This document shows, piece by piece, positions 17,673 to 25,301 of a stretch of 26,335 nt of DNA (position 1 is its first letter; the number at the start of each line of letters is the position of its first letter). Source of the DNA: a virus (Duplodnaviria > Caudoviricetes); IMG/VR virus record IMGVR_UViG_3300027969_000380, positions 1 to 26,335 of that record. One strand, 5' to 3'. Both the position numbers and the translations under genes were made by a program. Below the pieces are notes generated by a model. That model made no database searches and was not told the DNA's origin. It worked only from the letters and a program-made list of their open reading frames with translations.

Positions 17673-18058
17673 TATGATAATATAGTTAGTGTTATATCTT
17701 TAGCAGTTTGCATTTTTTTGAATAATTTTGCAAACGCTTTTCTTGATTGTCCTATGTAGTTTTTATTCCTTGTTTGTCCAACAAGTATACATCCTTCAGT
17801 ATCGTGATTAGTATTACCACTATGAATACGTACTCCTTCGAAATTTGGTACATTTAACAACAAAGGCATTAATCTTTTAAATCTATTTGATTCGTTGATT
17901 ATTACTTTGTAAGTACCCTTTGGAATTGCTGTTTCGGCTGTTAATTTTACTGGTCTCTCTATGTCTTCTAATGTAAAACATTCAAACACACCATCTATTA
18001 ATAGTTCTCCTATTGTAGAAGTATCAGTCTTGTAAAGTCTCTTTACTGTTATCTGCAT
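17672..18058 (-). CDS. DUF5675-like protein, probable endolysin (L,D-transpeptidase-like His/Cys)
   Basis: TIGEL..DG..ECFTLE...TAIPKGTY...VPNFEGVRIHSGNT..DTEGCILVG; lies between holin-like genes and the spanin. Confidence 0.7.
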   Translation of the reverse strand: MQITVKRLYKTDTSTIGELLIDGVFECFTLEDIERPVKLTAETAIPKGTYKVIINESNRFKRLMPLLLNVPNFEGVRIHSGNTNHDTEGCILVGQTRNKNYIGQSRKAFAKLFKKMQTAKDITLTILS

Positions 18059-18221
18059 TTTTTCCTTTTATTTTAATTAATACCCAGTCTGATATTTTCA
18101 TTGACGTATATATTATTGATATTAATAACAATAATATTTTTAAACTTGCTTCCAAATTTGTAAGACTCATTATAAGTGTTATAGCGTTTAAAGAATAAAC
18201 ACGAATACTGCATTGATCCAT
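18024..18221 (-). CDS. Holin-like small membrane protein
   Basis: 65 aa with two hydrophobic segments and a charged C-terminal tail, upstream of the candidate endolysin. Confidence 0.55.
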   Translation of the reverse strand: MDQCSIRVYSLNAITLIMSLTNLEASLKILLLLISIIYTSMKISDWVLIKIKGKNADNSKETLQD

Positions 18222-18403
18222 TATCTTTTTAGTTTATTAATGATGTCCGTAAATCCTTGAATTCCCACGTATGCTGCAGATATTATAGTAAAATCTGAAG
18301 ATGTTAAATATCCAGAAAATAAACCTGCACTTGCTACTATAAAAACAGATAGTTTTCTACTAATCCATTTATTTAATAATACATCTAATTGTTCTTTACT
18401 CAT
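18221..18403 (-). CDS. Holin-like small membrane protein
   Basis: 60 aa, SRKL motif then two TM segments ending AYVGIQGFTD. Confidence 0.55.
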   Translation of the reverse strand: MSKEQLDVLLNKWISRKLSVFIVASAGLFSGYLTSSDFTIISAAYVGIQGFTDIINKLKR

Positions 18404-18407
18404 AGTT

Positions 18408-20696
18408 TTAATTTGTTATATTAACATTTCTTAATATTACTGTATCTGTTACATCATTTAATTGTGCAGATATAAACAAGTAGTTAATTATTGTTGTATC
18501 AAAAGTTGTTGATAAAAGTGCTGTAGAAGAAGAAGCAGTTCCAGTAGCACTTGATGGCGTTTGAGGATAACCTTGCATTAATCCTCCTTGTAATGAGAAT
18601 ATTCTTGACAATTGTCCATATAGATTAGCTCCTGCACCAAAAGAATAGTTTGCTATTTGAGTTGCTGTTGCAAAATTGTTAACACTATTTTTCCATACTT
18701 TTATTTGAACTCCAGCTAAAACGGTTCCAGAATGTGAGAACATTATGTTTCTAATATTCAAAGAATCAGTTGTAGAAAAAGAATTTGCTGGTATAGGTAT
18801 TGTTAATAAGTTCACTGTTGCTAATGTTCCAGTTGAAGTCCAAGTTCCTATAGAATTATATTTATATGATATAGCTGGCGTATTCCAAGTAGGAGCTGAA
18901 AATCCACCAGATGTTAATACTTGACCAATTGTACCAGCAGTACTGGAAGCCATTGAAGAAGTAGAATTACCATAAATTATTCCACCTTGAACAGGGGCTG
19001 ATGATGTTCCAGTTCCACCTCTATTTGTTTCAACAACATTACCATTCCAAGTTGCACCTGTTATTGAACCTACGTAGTCAAGTGTATTTGTACTCCAAGA
19101 AACATTTGATGGTGCTTGAAAATGCGCATCCCAAAGACCAGTAGCAGTCGTGTTATCTGTTAATACTAAATTAAGGTATCCTCCTGACGGAACTGACTTT
19201 ACTAAAGTATTTGAATTATTGTTTACTAATATAGCGCCACTACTTTGATTATTATTAAATGAAAAAGTTGTACCTTTTTGCAAAGTTGTAGCAACTGGTA
19301 ATTTAATTGTTTGACCACCGCTTCCTGTAATATAGTATATTGGTGTTGAATTTATAGTTAAAGTAATAAGTGTACCAGAAGCCGCTACAGAAGTAAATCC
19401 ATTAAAATGAGCATTTGCACTTATATTATATACACCTAAATCAACTGAAGATACTGCTCCTGTGTAAGGAACAAAACTACCTGACAATGTACTTACTGAA
19501 CCGTCGGCCATTAAATATTGTATATTAGTACCTCCGTCTTTTACAAATGATCCACCTTGAACAGTTCCTCTTAATCTAGTAGTTGTTATAGATGTATTTC
19601 CTAAAGTAACTGTATTTGATCCAGCACCAATAGCAGAATCACCTATAACAATTTGATTTGTTTGATTATCTAGAAACGATGTAGAATTAGCACCTATAAA
19701 TATAGAAGAATTTGATATAGTTGTATAAGAACCACTAGCTAATGATCTTCCAGCGTATAATCCTAAAAATACATTATTATTTCCTGAAGTTATATAATAT
19801 CCTGTACCATATCCAAGATGAGAATTATAATTTCCTGTTGTATTTGAATAAGAAGAGTATGATCCAAACGTTGCATTACCAATACCAGTTGTATTACCTC
19901 TATTTGAACTTAAACCAAAAGTAGAATTATAACTTCCACTTATATTGTTTTGAATTGCATTAGAACCAACAGCTGTATTATAACTACCAGTATCATTTGT
20001 ATATCCAGCAGCTTGACCTATAAAAGTATTATAAGAACCAGACGTCGTAAATTTACCAGTATTTGATCCAAAAAATGAATTAGCGGGACCAGACACTAAC
20101 ACGTATCCAGCGTTATTACTTCCAACAACGACATTTGAATTAGTAATTGAACTACCTCTTCCAACTACAACATCGTTAACAGTAAGATTATACGCTCCAA
20201 GATTAACTGCTTGCGTTGCCCCAGTATAAGGTACATAACCAGTTACTGAAGGAATATCACTAGTTAAAGCTACTGTTCCAGATTGATTAGGAAATGTATA
20301 TAATCTATTTGCTGTTATTGTATTTGGTACTAGTAATTGACCAGTGTATGAACCTGGATAAAGTACTAAAGAATTATTAGTTAAAACACTAATCAATGTA
20401 TTGAAAGCATTGTAAAAATTATACTCAGAATCATTTATAGTTACTTTTGCATAATCTTGTTCTGTTGTATCATATAAACCTAATGATCCTGTTTTAGCGT
20501 CTAAAAACGATGTATTACCATTGTGTAACACTGAATCTAAAGTATTTCCAGCATTTATAAAAGTAGCCAAATCCACTACTTCAAAACTTTTTGTTTGATT
20601 TTTTGGTCTACCATTAACAACAGCGGTAGTAGTACCTACTATTATGTCTGTTGCTAGTATATTTTGATTTAGTGGATAACTATATATTATTGCCAT
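18408..20696 (-). CDS. Tail fibre / receptor-binding protein
   Basis: 762 aa G/S/T/N-rich; 14-aa N-x-x-x-G beta-helix repeats, two VPYTGA..V.LG motifs, FVKDGGT..QYLMADGS motif, distinct C-terminal tip domain. Confidence 0.8.
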   Translation of the reverse strand: MAIIYSYPLNQNILATDIIVGTTTAVVNGRPKNQTKSFEVVDLATFINAGNTLDSVLHNGNTSFLDAKTGSLGLYDTTEQDYAKVTINDSEYNFYNAFNTLISVLTNNSLVLYPGSYTGQLLVPNTITANRLYTFPNQSGTVALTSDIPSVTGYVPYTGATQAVNLGAYNLTVNDVVVGRGSSITNSNVVVGSNNAGYVLVSGPANSFFGSNTGKFTTSGSYNTFIGQAAGYTNDTGSYNTAVGSNAIQNNISGSYNSTFGLSSNRGNTTGIGNATFGSYSSYSNTTGNYNSHLGYGTGYYITSGNNNVFLGLYAGRSLASGSYTTISNSSIFIGANSTSFLDNQTNQIVIGDSAIGAGSNTVTLGNTSITTTRLRGTVQGGSFVKDGGTNIQYLMADGSVSTLSGSFVPYTGAVSSVDLGVYNISANAHFNGFTSVAASGTLITLTINSTPIYYITGSGGQTIKLPVATTLQKGTTFSFNNNQSSGAILVNNNSNTLVKSVPSGGYLNLVLTDNTTATGLWDAHFQAPSNVSWSTNTLDYVGSITGATWNGNVVETNRGGTGTSSAPVQGGIIYGNSTSSMASSTAGTIGQVLTSGGFSAPTWNTPAISYKYNSIGTWTSTGTLATVNLLTIPIPANSFSTTDSLNIRNIMFSHSGTVLAGVQIKVWKNSVNNFATATQIANYSFGAGANLYGQLSRIFSLQGGLMQGYPQTPSSATGTASSSTALLSTTFDTTIINYLFISAQLNDVTDTVILRNVNITN

Positions 20697-20697
20697 T
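20674..20697. repeat. 24-bp exact repeat, copy 1 (start of fibre gene)
   Basis: GGATAACTATATATTATTGCCATT, identical to 22796..22819. Confidence 0.9.
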
Positions 20698-20715
20698 TAT
20701 TTGTTTTTTTTATAT

Positions 20716-22818
20716 TTATAGTAATAATGCCCATCCTGAAGATTTATAAACGTATAGACCTTCTGGAGAATCTGTACAATAAACTACTAATCCAATTTGA
20801 GGAAGTCCGCCGTTTATTGTGAGTCTTGACGCGTTTGACATTCTAGGCGGTAAAAAACCTTGAGAAGTTGAGTTAAGTTGTAGTATTGCATCTGTTCCAG
20901 GAGTTGTTGTTCCAATACCCACAGATCCTTTTAATATAACTCTTGTGTTTGTATTGTTACCAATCGTAACGGAAGAATTACCACTACCTTGAGCGCCAGA
21001 ACCTATTACCACTTCGTTTTGAGCAGTACTAGAACTAGCTATTGCTCCAAAACCTATGTATATATTTTGATTTCCAGTACTAATAGTACCCCCTGAAGAA
21101 GCTCCAATGCAAACATTTTGACTTCCAGTACTTATACTTTGCCCAGAAGCTTGACCAACAGCGGTATTACTAGATCCTAAATTGTTATATAATGAGTTGT
21201 TTCCAATAGCTGTATTGTAACTTCCGCTTATATTAGAAGCCAAAGCAATCGCGCCAATACCTGTATTACTTTGCGCCGTTGTTTGAGATGCCATTACGCT
21301 GTCACCAACAGCAACGTTATATAATCCAGTATTAGCATTAAGAGTACCATTACCTATAGCTATAGTGTAACTTGCTGAGTTTGTACCTCTACCTACACCA
21401 ATTCCATTTACGGTTATATTACTTATAAATCCTTTAGCACCACTAAAAGTTTGACTAGTATTCGTTACAATCCCTGGAGTAGTTGATCCTGCTGGGGCTA
21501 ACTGTAAAAATCCACCTGATATAGTACAACCATAAGGGTTACCTATAGAATTTGGAAAAGTAACAGAACATGCAGCAACAGATCTAACCCAAGTAGTTGT
21601 AGTTAACTGAGTATCGTTTGCTCCAAGACTTGCCGTAGGTGCTAAAGGTGTATTTGAAAAAGTTTTTATACCTGCGATATTCTGAGTGGTTGTATTTAAA
21701 AAACCTCTAGCTGTAGTACTAGCATCTGGTATATTAAATACATGATTAGATCCTGATGATACTATGTTGAACGTAAGTCCAGTGGTACCTGTTGAAAATG
21801 TTTGTGTTATATTTGTTAAACCATTAAGAGATGTTATACCTCCACTTGTTCCAGGTATACCCTGAGCTCCGGTAGCTCCAGTTGGACCTTGTGGACCGGC
21901 TGGACCAGTTGCGCCTTGAGGACCTGTACTTCCAGAAGGACCAGTTGCGCCTTGAGGACCTGCTGGACCTGTTTGACCCTGTGCTCCTTGAGATGCTAAT
22001 AATCCCCAATGTGAAGGATCACCGTTTGGTGGTATTATTGTAGCTCCGATTGGAGATATACAAAAATAAGAAGCTCCACTATAACTAACAGTGTCGTTTA
22101 TTACGTAAGAATTTGATGAACTCCAAGCACCTTGCCAGTTTAAACCAGCAGCAGTTACTGGACCTAATGCACCTTGAGCACCTGTTGCACCTGTAGCTCC
22201 TGTAGCACCTGTTAAACCAATTGGGCCTTGAGGACCAACAGCGCCAGTTAAACCTGTTGCTCCAGTTGGACCAGGAGTTCCAGCAGTACCTTGTAAACCT
22301 TGAGCACCTGTTGCGCCAGCAGGTCCGGTAGCACCAGTAGGTCCTGTTAAACCTGTTGCACCAGCTGGACCTTGAGGACCAATGGCTCCTTGTGAAGCAA
22401 GCAATGCCCAGTGAGAAGTATCTAAGTCTGGCGGTGTTGTTGATGATACTGCTAGTATGCAATAATAAGACGCTCCACCGTATCCAACAGAATCATTTAA
22501 AATATAAGAAGTAGAATTACTCCAAGTTCCTCGCCAAGTTAATCCAGCGGGTCCGACAGGACCAGGTACTCCTTGTTGTCCTTGTGCTCCTGTAGAACCA
22601 GAAGGTCCTGTTGCTCCGGTAGCACCTTGCGGACCAGTAGGTCCAGGTATTCCTTGAGCACCAGTAGGTCCAGGAGGTAAAGAAGTGATAGCAAGATTTA
22701 TTACATCTTGTACACTAAAATTCTTTACAGCGTTTCCTAAATCTCCTTCGTATCTTGTACCTAACAACGTATCTGCTGTGGTAGGTACGGTTAAAGGATA
22801 ACTATATATTATTGCCAT
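20716..22818 (-). CDS. Collagen-like tail fibre with two carbohydrate-binding-like modules and beta-helix repeats
   Basis: Three Gly-X-Y tracts separated by two W-x-G-x-W...Y..ND.V.Y.GASY.C...HW.LLA modules (CBM5/12-like), followed by NTAIG-type repeats and a QGFLPPRM tip. Confidence 0.85.
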   Translation of the reverse strand: MAIIYSYPLTVPTTADTLLGTRYEGDLGNAVKNFSVQDVINLAITSLPPGPTGAQGIPGPTGPQGATGATGPSGSTGAQGQQGVPGPVGPAGLTWRGTWSNSTSYILNDSVGYGGASYYCILAVSSTTPPDLDTSHWALLASQGAIGPQGPAGATGLTGPTGATGPAGATGAQGLQGTAGTPGPTGATGLTGAVGPQGPIGLTGATGATGATGAQGALGPVTAAGLNWQGAWSSSNSYVINDTVSYSGASYFCISPIGATIIPPNGDPSHWGLLASQGAQGQTGPAGPQGATGPSGSTGPQGATGPAGPQGPTGATGAQGIPGTSGGITSLNGLTNITQTFSTGTTGLTFNIVSSGSNHVFNIPDASTTARGFLNTTTQNIAGIKTFSNTPLAPTASLGANDTQLTTTTWVRSVAACSVTFPNSIGNPYGCTISGGFLQLAPAGSTTPGIVTNTSQTFSGAKGFISNITVNGIGVGRGTNSASYTIAIGNGTLNANTGLYNVAVGDSVMASQTTAQSNTGIGAIALASNISGSYNTAIGNNSLYNNLGSSNTAVGQASGQSISTGSQNVCIGASSGGTISTGNQNIYIGFGAIASSSTAQNEVVIGSGAQGSGNSSVTIGNNTNTRVILKGSVGIGTTTPGTDAILQLNSTSQGFLPPRMSNASRLTINGGLPQIGLVVYCTDSPEGLYVYKSSGWALLL

Positions 22819-22819
22819 T
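22796..22819. repeat. 24-bp exact repeat, copy 2 (start of fibre gene)
   Basis: GGATAACTATATATTATTGCCATT, identical to 20674..20697. Confidence 0.9.
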
Positions 22820-22961
22820 ATTTTTTTGTTTTAGCTTTTATTTTCTTTTCTTCTTTAAGCATTGCTTTGGTAGGTTTTTTACCACTACCTTTATTATCTC
22901 TAATATTGTCCCATAGTCCACGTGGAGACTTAGACCCATCTTTTCTTTTTAACAGTTCCAT
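22818..22961 (-). CDS. Small basic peptide (47 aa)
   Basis: Translated by hand: MELLKRKDGSKSPRGLWDNIRDNKGSGKKPTKAMLKEEKKIKAKTKK*; fills the gap exactly with TAATG coupling to the fibre gene. Confidence 0.75.
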   Translation of the reverse strand: MELLKRKDGSKSPRGLWDNIRDNKGSGKKPTKAMLKEEKKIKAKTKK

Positions 22962-23221
22962 TTGTCTAATGCTAGTTTTTTTCTTGTTGGTTCTCCGTTT
23001 GGTTTCTTCATTGGTCCTGGCATACCAGACATTCTAGCGCAGAAAGATTTTCTACGCGCAGCATCTTTACTACCTGGTTTTAATTCCGATGGTTTTTTAG
23101 TTACAGCAGTCTGTAATTTACTACCTGGATGTTCTCTTCTATAACTCGCAACTCCTTTAGCATTTAATCCTCCTTTAGGATCTTTACCTTCTTTGCGAGT
23201 CCATGCAGCGGTTTTTGCCAT
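22949..23221 (-). CDS. Basic phage protein (DUF6321-like)
   Basis: KGGLNAKGVASYRR..PGSKLQTAVT...RRKSFCARM.G...ALDKWNC. Confidence 0.65.
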   Translation of the reverse strand: MAKTAAWTRKEGKDPKGGLNAKGVASYRREHPGSKLQTAVTKKPSELKPGSKDAARRKSFCARMSGMPGPMKKPNGEPTRKKLALDKWNC

Positions 23222-23222
23222 A

Positions 23223-23621
23223 TTAACTTACTTTATAATTTTTACCTCTTTCTGATTTAGTACCATTACCATCGTTACCTCTATTACGATGAGGTGTTTC
23301 CCAATGTTGATCTTCATGGTCCCAATCTTTTCCTTTACCAGAAGGATCGTGTCGATGTCTTCTTTGATCTTCTGCTTTCTTTTTTCTCCTATCAGGAGTT
23401 TTAGCATAGGCAAGATCTCTCGCTGCCTTAGCTTTTGCTGCCTTTGGAGAAAGTTTTTGTTTCATTAAAGGTGAATCATCACCTACATTCTCTGGCGTAT
23501 AAACAAAAGCGTTTTGACTTAGAGGAGAAATCTTATCAGACCAGTCTTGATTAGGGAAAGGTCTATTGTAACCTTTACCAGCAGAGTGTCTTAAAACTGG
23601 TGATGTATATTCTCTTCTCAT
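23223..23621 (-). CDS. Basic protein with repeated SP-L-x-Q tags and minimal HNH-like C-terminus
   Basis: SPVLR, SPLSQ, SPLMKQ; C-terminal GKDWDH...HRNRG resembles a shortened HNH motif. Confidence 0.6.
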   Translation of the reverse strand: MRREYTSPVLRHSAGKGYNRPFPNQDWSDKISPLSQNAFVYTPENVGDDSPLMKQKLSPKAAKAKAARDLAYAKTPDRRKKKAEDQRRHRHDPSGKGKDWDHEDQHWETPHRNRGNDGNGTKSERGKNYKVS

Positions 23622-23622
23622 A

Positions 23623-25167
23623 TTATTTTTTATTATTTTGAAACATAGTACTAAGACCTAAACCACCGGCAATAGTATAAGGATTTACTATAGATTGTTT
23701 GTAGAATACTTTTGGTCCTTCTTTACCACCACTCTTAGTAGTACCAGCATTTAATTTACCTTCTACTTTGAATTTTAATTTACTAGGTAGTAACACTTCT
23801 TTTTCAGCGGTGTATTCTCCTCCTTTCACGGAGTTTGAAGGTAATATAGATTGTCCTTTAGGGGCTTTTATCTCACTACGTATAGTTCCAAAAGCTCCAG
23901 ATATTTCTTGATTTTGAGTTGTACTGATAAAAGACTTAGGTTTCCAAACATCTCCAACTTGTAGTTCAGAGAATTTAACAGAACCTTTAGGTTGTTTTAC
24001 TCCACCTCTCCAAACATGTTTAACATCATAATCATAATCTCCTCTATATAGAGATTCTTCTGACTTTAATTTATTCTTTTTAACTAAATTCTCTAGTCTA
24101 GGTTTTACTTCTTTTTTATAGAAAGTTTTATTTGTTTTGTCTCCTATGTGTGTAGTTCTATTATTTATATTACTATCATATCCATGAGTGTAAACATTAT
24201 TTAAGAGTTCTTCAGTCTTAGTATATTTCTTACTTATACCATGTTTCTTTTCAAACTCTCTTTGTGGTTGAAAATCATGTTTCTCCATAGAAGCACGTTC
24301 TAACGCATCTTTTGATTTAAGATTGTCCTTTGCTTCTGTTATAACATTAGCTACGTTTGGATCACGTTTACCTAGTTCAGTTTCTTGCAATCTACCATAT
24401 AAATCTATATCCTTCTTATTATAAGTAGTACCGTATTTTCCTTCAAACTTCTGTTTGTGTGCTTCAGAGTATTTACCTATTTTCTTATCAGCGCTAGCAT
24501 CTGCCTTCTTCCACTTCTGCATCATTGTATCCCACGCATCCGGTTCTTCAGCATCGTCAAGATGATATGTTACTTTAGGTGCTTCAGATTTTTTAACGGG
24601 TTTATCAAAGTTTTTACTAAAGTCTTTTATAGCGTCTATAGCTTTATTAGAAGGTCCTTCTGCTTTAGATATACCTTTAACCACTTTAGAAACATCTGCT
24701 ACCTTATCTGCCTTAGACAATATCTTACTTCCTTTTCTAATAGTATTACTAACACCCTCTACTCCACCTACGAAATTAGCAGGATCTAAAACTACATCTG
24801 CCGCCAAAGCACCAATAGCACTTTTTATACCTAATGCTTTAGAAGGATTTTGAACCTTACCAGTCGCTGCGTAAGTTGCTGCATGTTGACTAACTTCCAT
24901 AGGATAAGTGACAACAGAACCAATAGCACCTAATATACCATCGTCTTTATGTTCTTCTGTATAATGTTTAATAGACTGTTTCCAGAAACCTGCTTTAGGA
25001 GATTTCTTAGATACAACCACCTCATCTAGCGCTATAGGTGAGCGACCTCCTTCTTTGGTTACAACCTCTCCCTTGTTATAAGCACTCCTATATTCAGGTG
25101 TTCCGTATTTTACGGTACCTGATTTTTGTTGATTAAAAGGTGATTGTGATCTTAACTGAAACGCCAT
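23623..25167 (-). CDS. ADP-ribosyltransferase (VIP2/Alt/Mod-like, R-S-ExE class) with N-terminal delivery region
   Basis: C-terminal LYRG...KSFISTT...IKAPKG...AEKEVLLP..LKFKV; N-terminal SPFNQ tag and ALAADVVLDPANFVGG pre-toxin-like segment. Confidence 0.8.
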   Translation of the reverse strand: MAFQLRSQSPFNQQKSGTVKYGTPEYRSAYNKGEVVTKEGGRSPIALDEVVVSKKSPKAGFWKQSIKHYTEEHKDDGILGAIGSVVTYPMEVSQHAATYAATGKVQNPSKALGIKSAIGALAADVVLDPANFVGGVEGVSNTIRKGSKILSKADKVADVSKVVKGISKAEGPSNKAIDAIKDFSKNFDKPVKKSEAPKVTYHLDDAEEPDAWDTMMQKWKKADASADKKIGKYSEAHKQKFEGKYGTTYNKKDIDLYGRLQETELGKRDPNVANVITEAKDNLKSKDALERASMEKHDFQPQREFEKKHGISKKYTKTEELLNNVYTHGYDSNINNRTTHIGDKTNKTFYKKEVKPRLENLVKKNKLKSEESLYRGDYDYDVKHVWRGGVKQPKGSVKFSELQVGDVWKPKSFISTTQNQEISGAFGTIRSEIKAPKGQSILPSNSVKGGEYTAEKEVLLPSKLKFKVEGKLNAGTTKSGGKEGPKVFYKQSIVNPYTIAGGLGLSTMFQNNKK

Positions 25168-25183
25168 ACTATATTATTATTAG

Positions 25184-25257
25184 TTGCGGAGACAGGACTC
25201 GAACCTGCAACCTTTGGGTTATGAGCCCAACGAGCTTCCAATTGCTACTACTCCACG
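25184..25257 (-). tRNA. tRNA-Met(CAT), initiator type
   Basis: CGTGGAG TA GTAGC AATTGGAA GCTC G TTGGG CTCATAA CCCAA AGGTT GCAGG TTCGAGT CCTGT CTCCGCA A: C1:A72 mismatch, three G-C pairs in the anticodon stem; CCA not encoded (CTA). Confidence 0.9.
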
Positions 25258-25275
25258 ATATACCTATTTAATTAC
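25258..25275 (-). promoter_or_regulatory. Candidate phage late promoter GTAAT-N8-TATAT
   Basis: GTAATTAAATAGGTATAT directly abutting the tRNA 5' end, at the head of the whole late region. Confidence 0.5.
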
Positions 25276-25301
25276 ATATAAGTCGCTAAATTTACATTTG
25301 G

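Noticed and set aside
18408-22818. Diversity-generating retroelement or invertase shufflon acting on the fibres
   Set aside because: No reverse transcriptase or recombinase, no template/variable repeat pair with adenine-specific mismatches, and no inverted sites seen in the window.
1382-23413. Nested same-strand ORFs (1382..1651, 9755..9943, 10784..10978, 21824..22009, 22085..22462, 23228..23413)
   Set aside because: Alternate-frame by-products of host genes; the Arg/Ser/Trp/Cys-rich ones simply mirror collagen codons.
1347-24789. Plus-strand ORFs from the track (e.g. 1347..1571, 2426..2665, 3637..3846, 6584..6808, 6998..7405, 16184..16411, 24457..24789)
   Set aside because: All are antisense to well-supported minus-strand genes and have shadow-frame composition.
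1-25167. Stop-codon reassignment as seen in some crAss-like phages
   Set aside because: Long genes are intact under code 11, coding density is high, TAG and TGA end genes at sensible junctions, and no suppressor tRNA is present.
25184-25257. tRNA as prophage attachment boundary
   Set aside because: Both flanks look phage-like, and there is no integrase or duplicated tRNA 3' end in the window.
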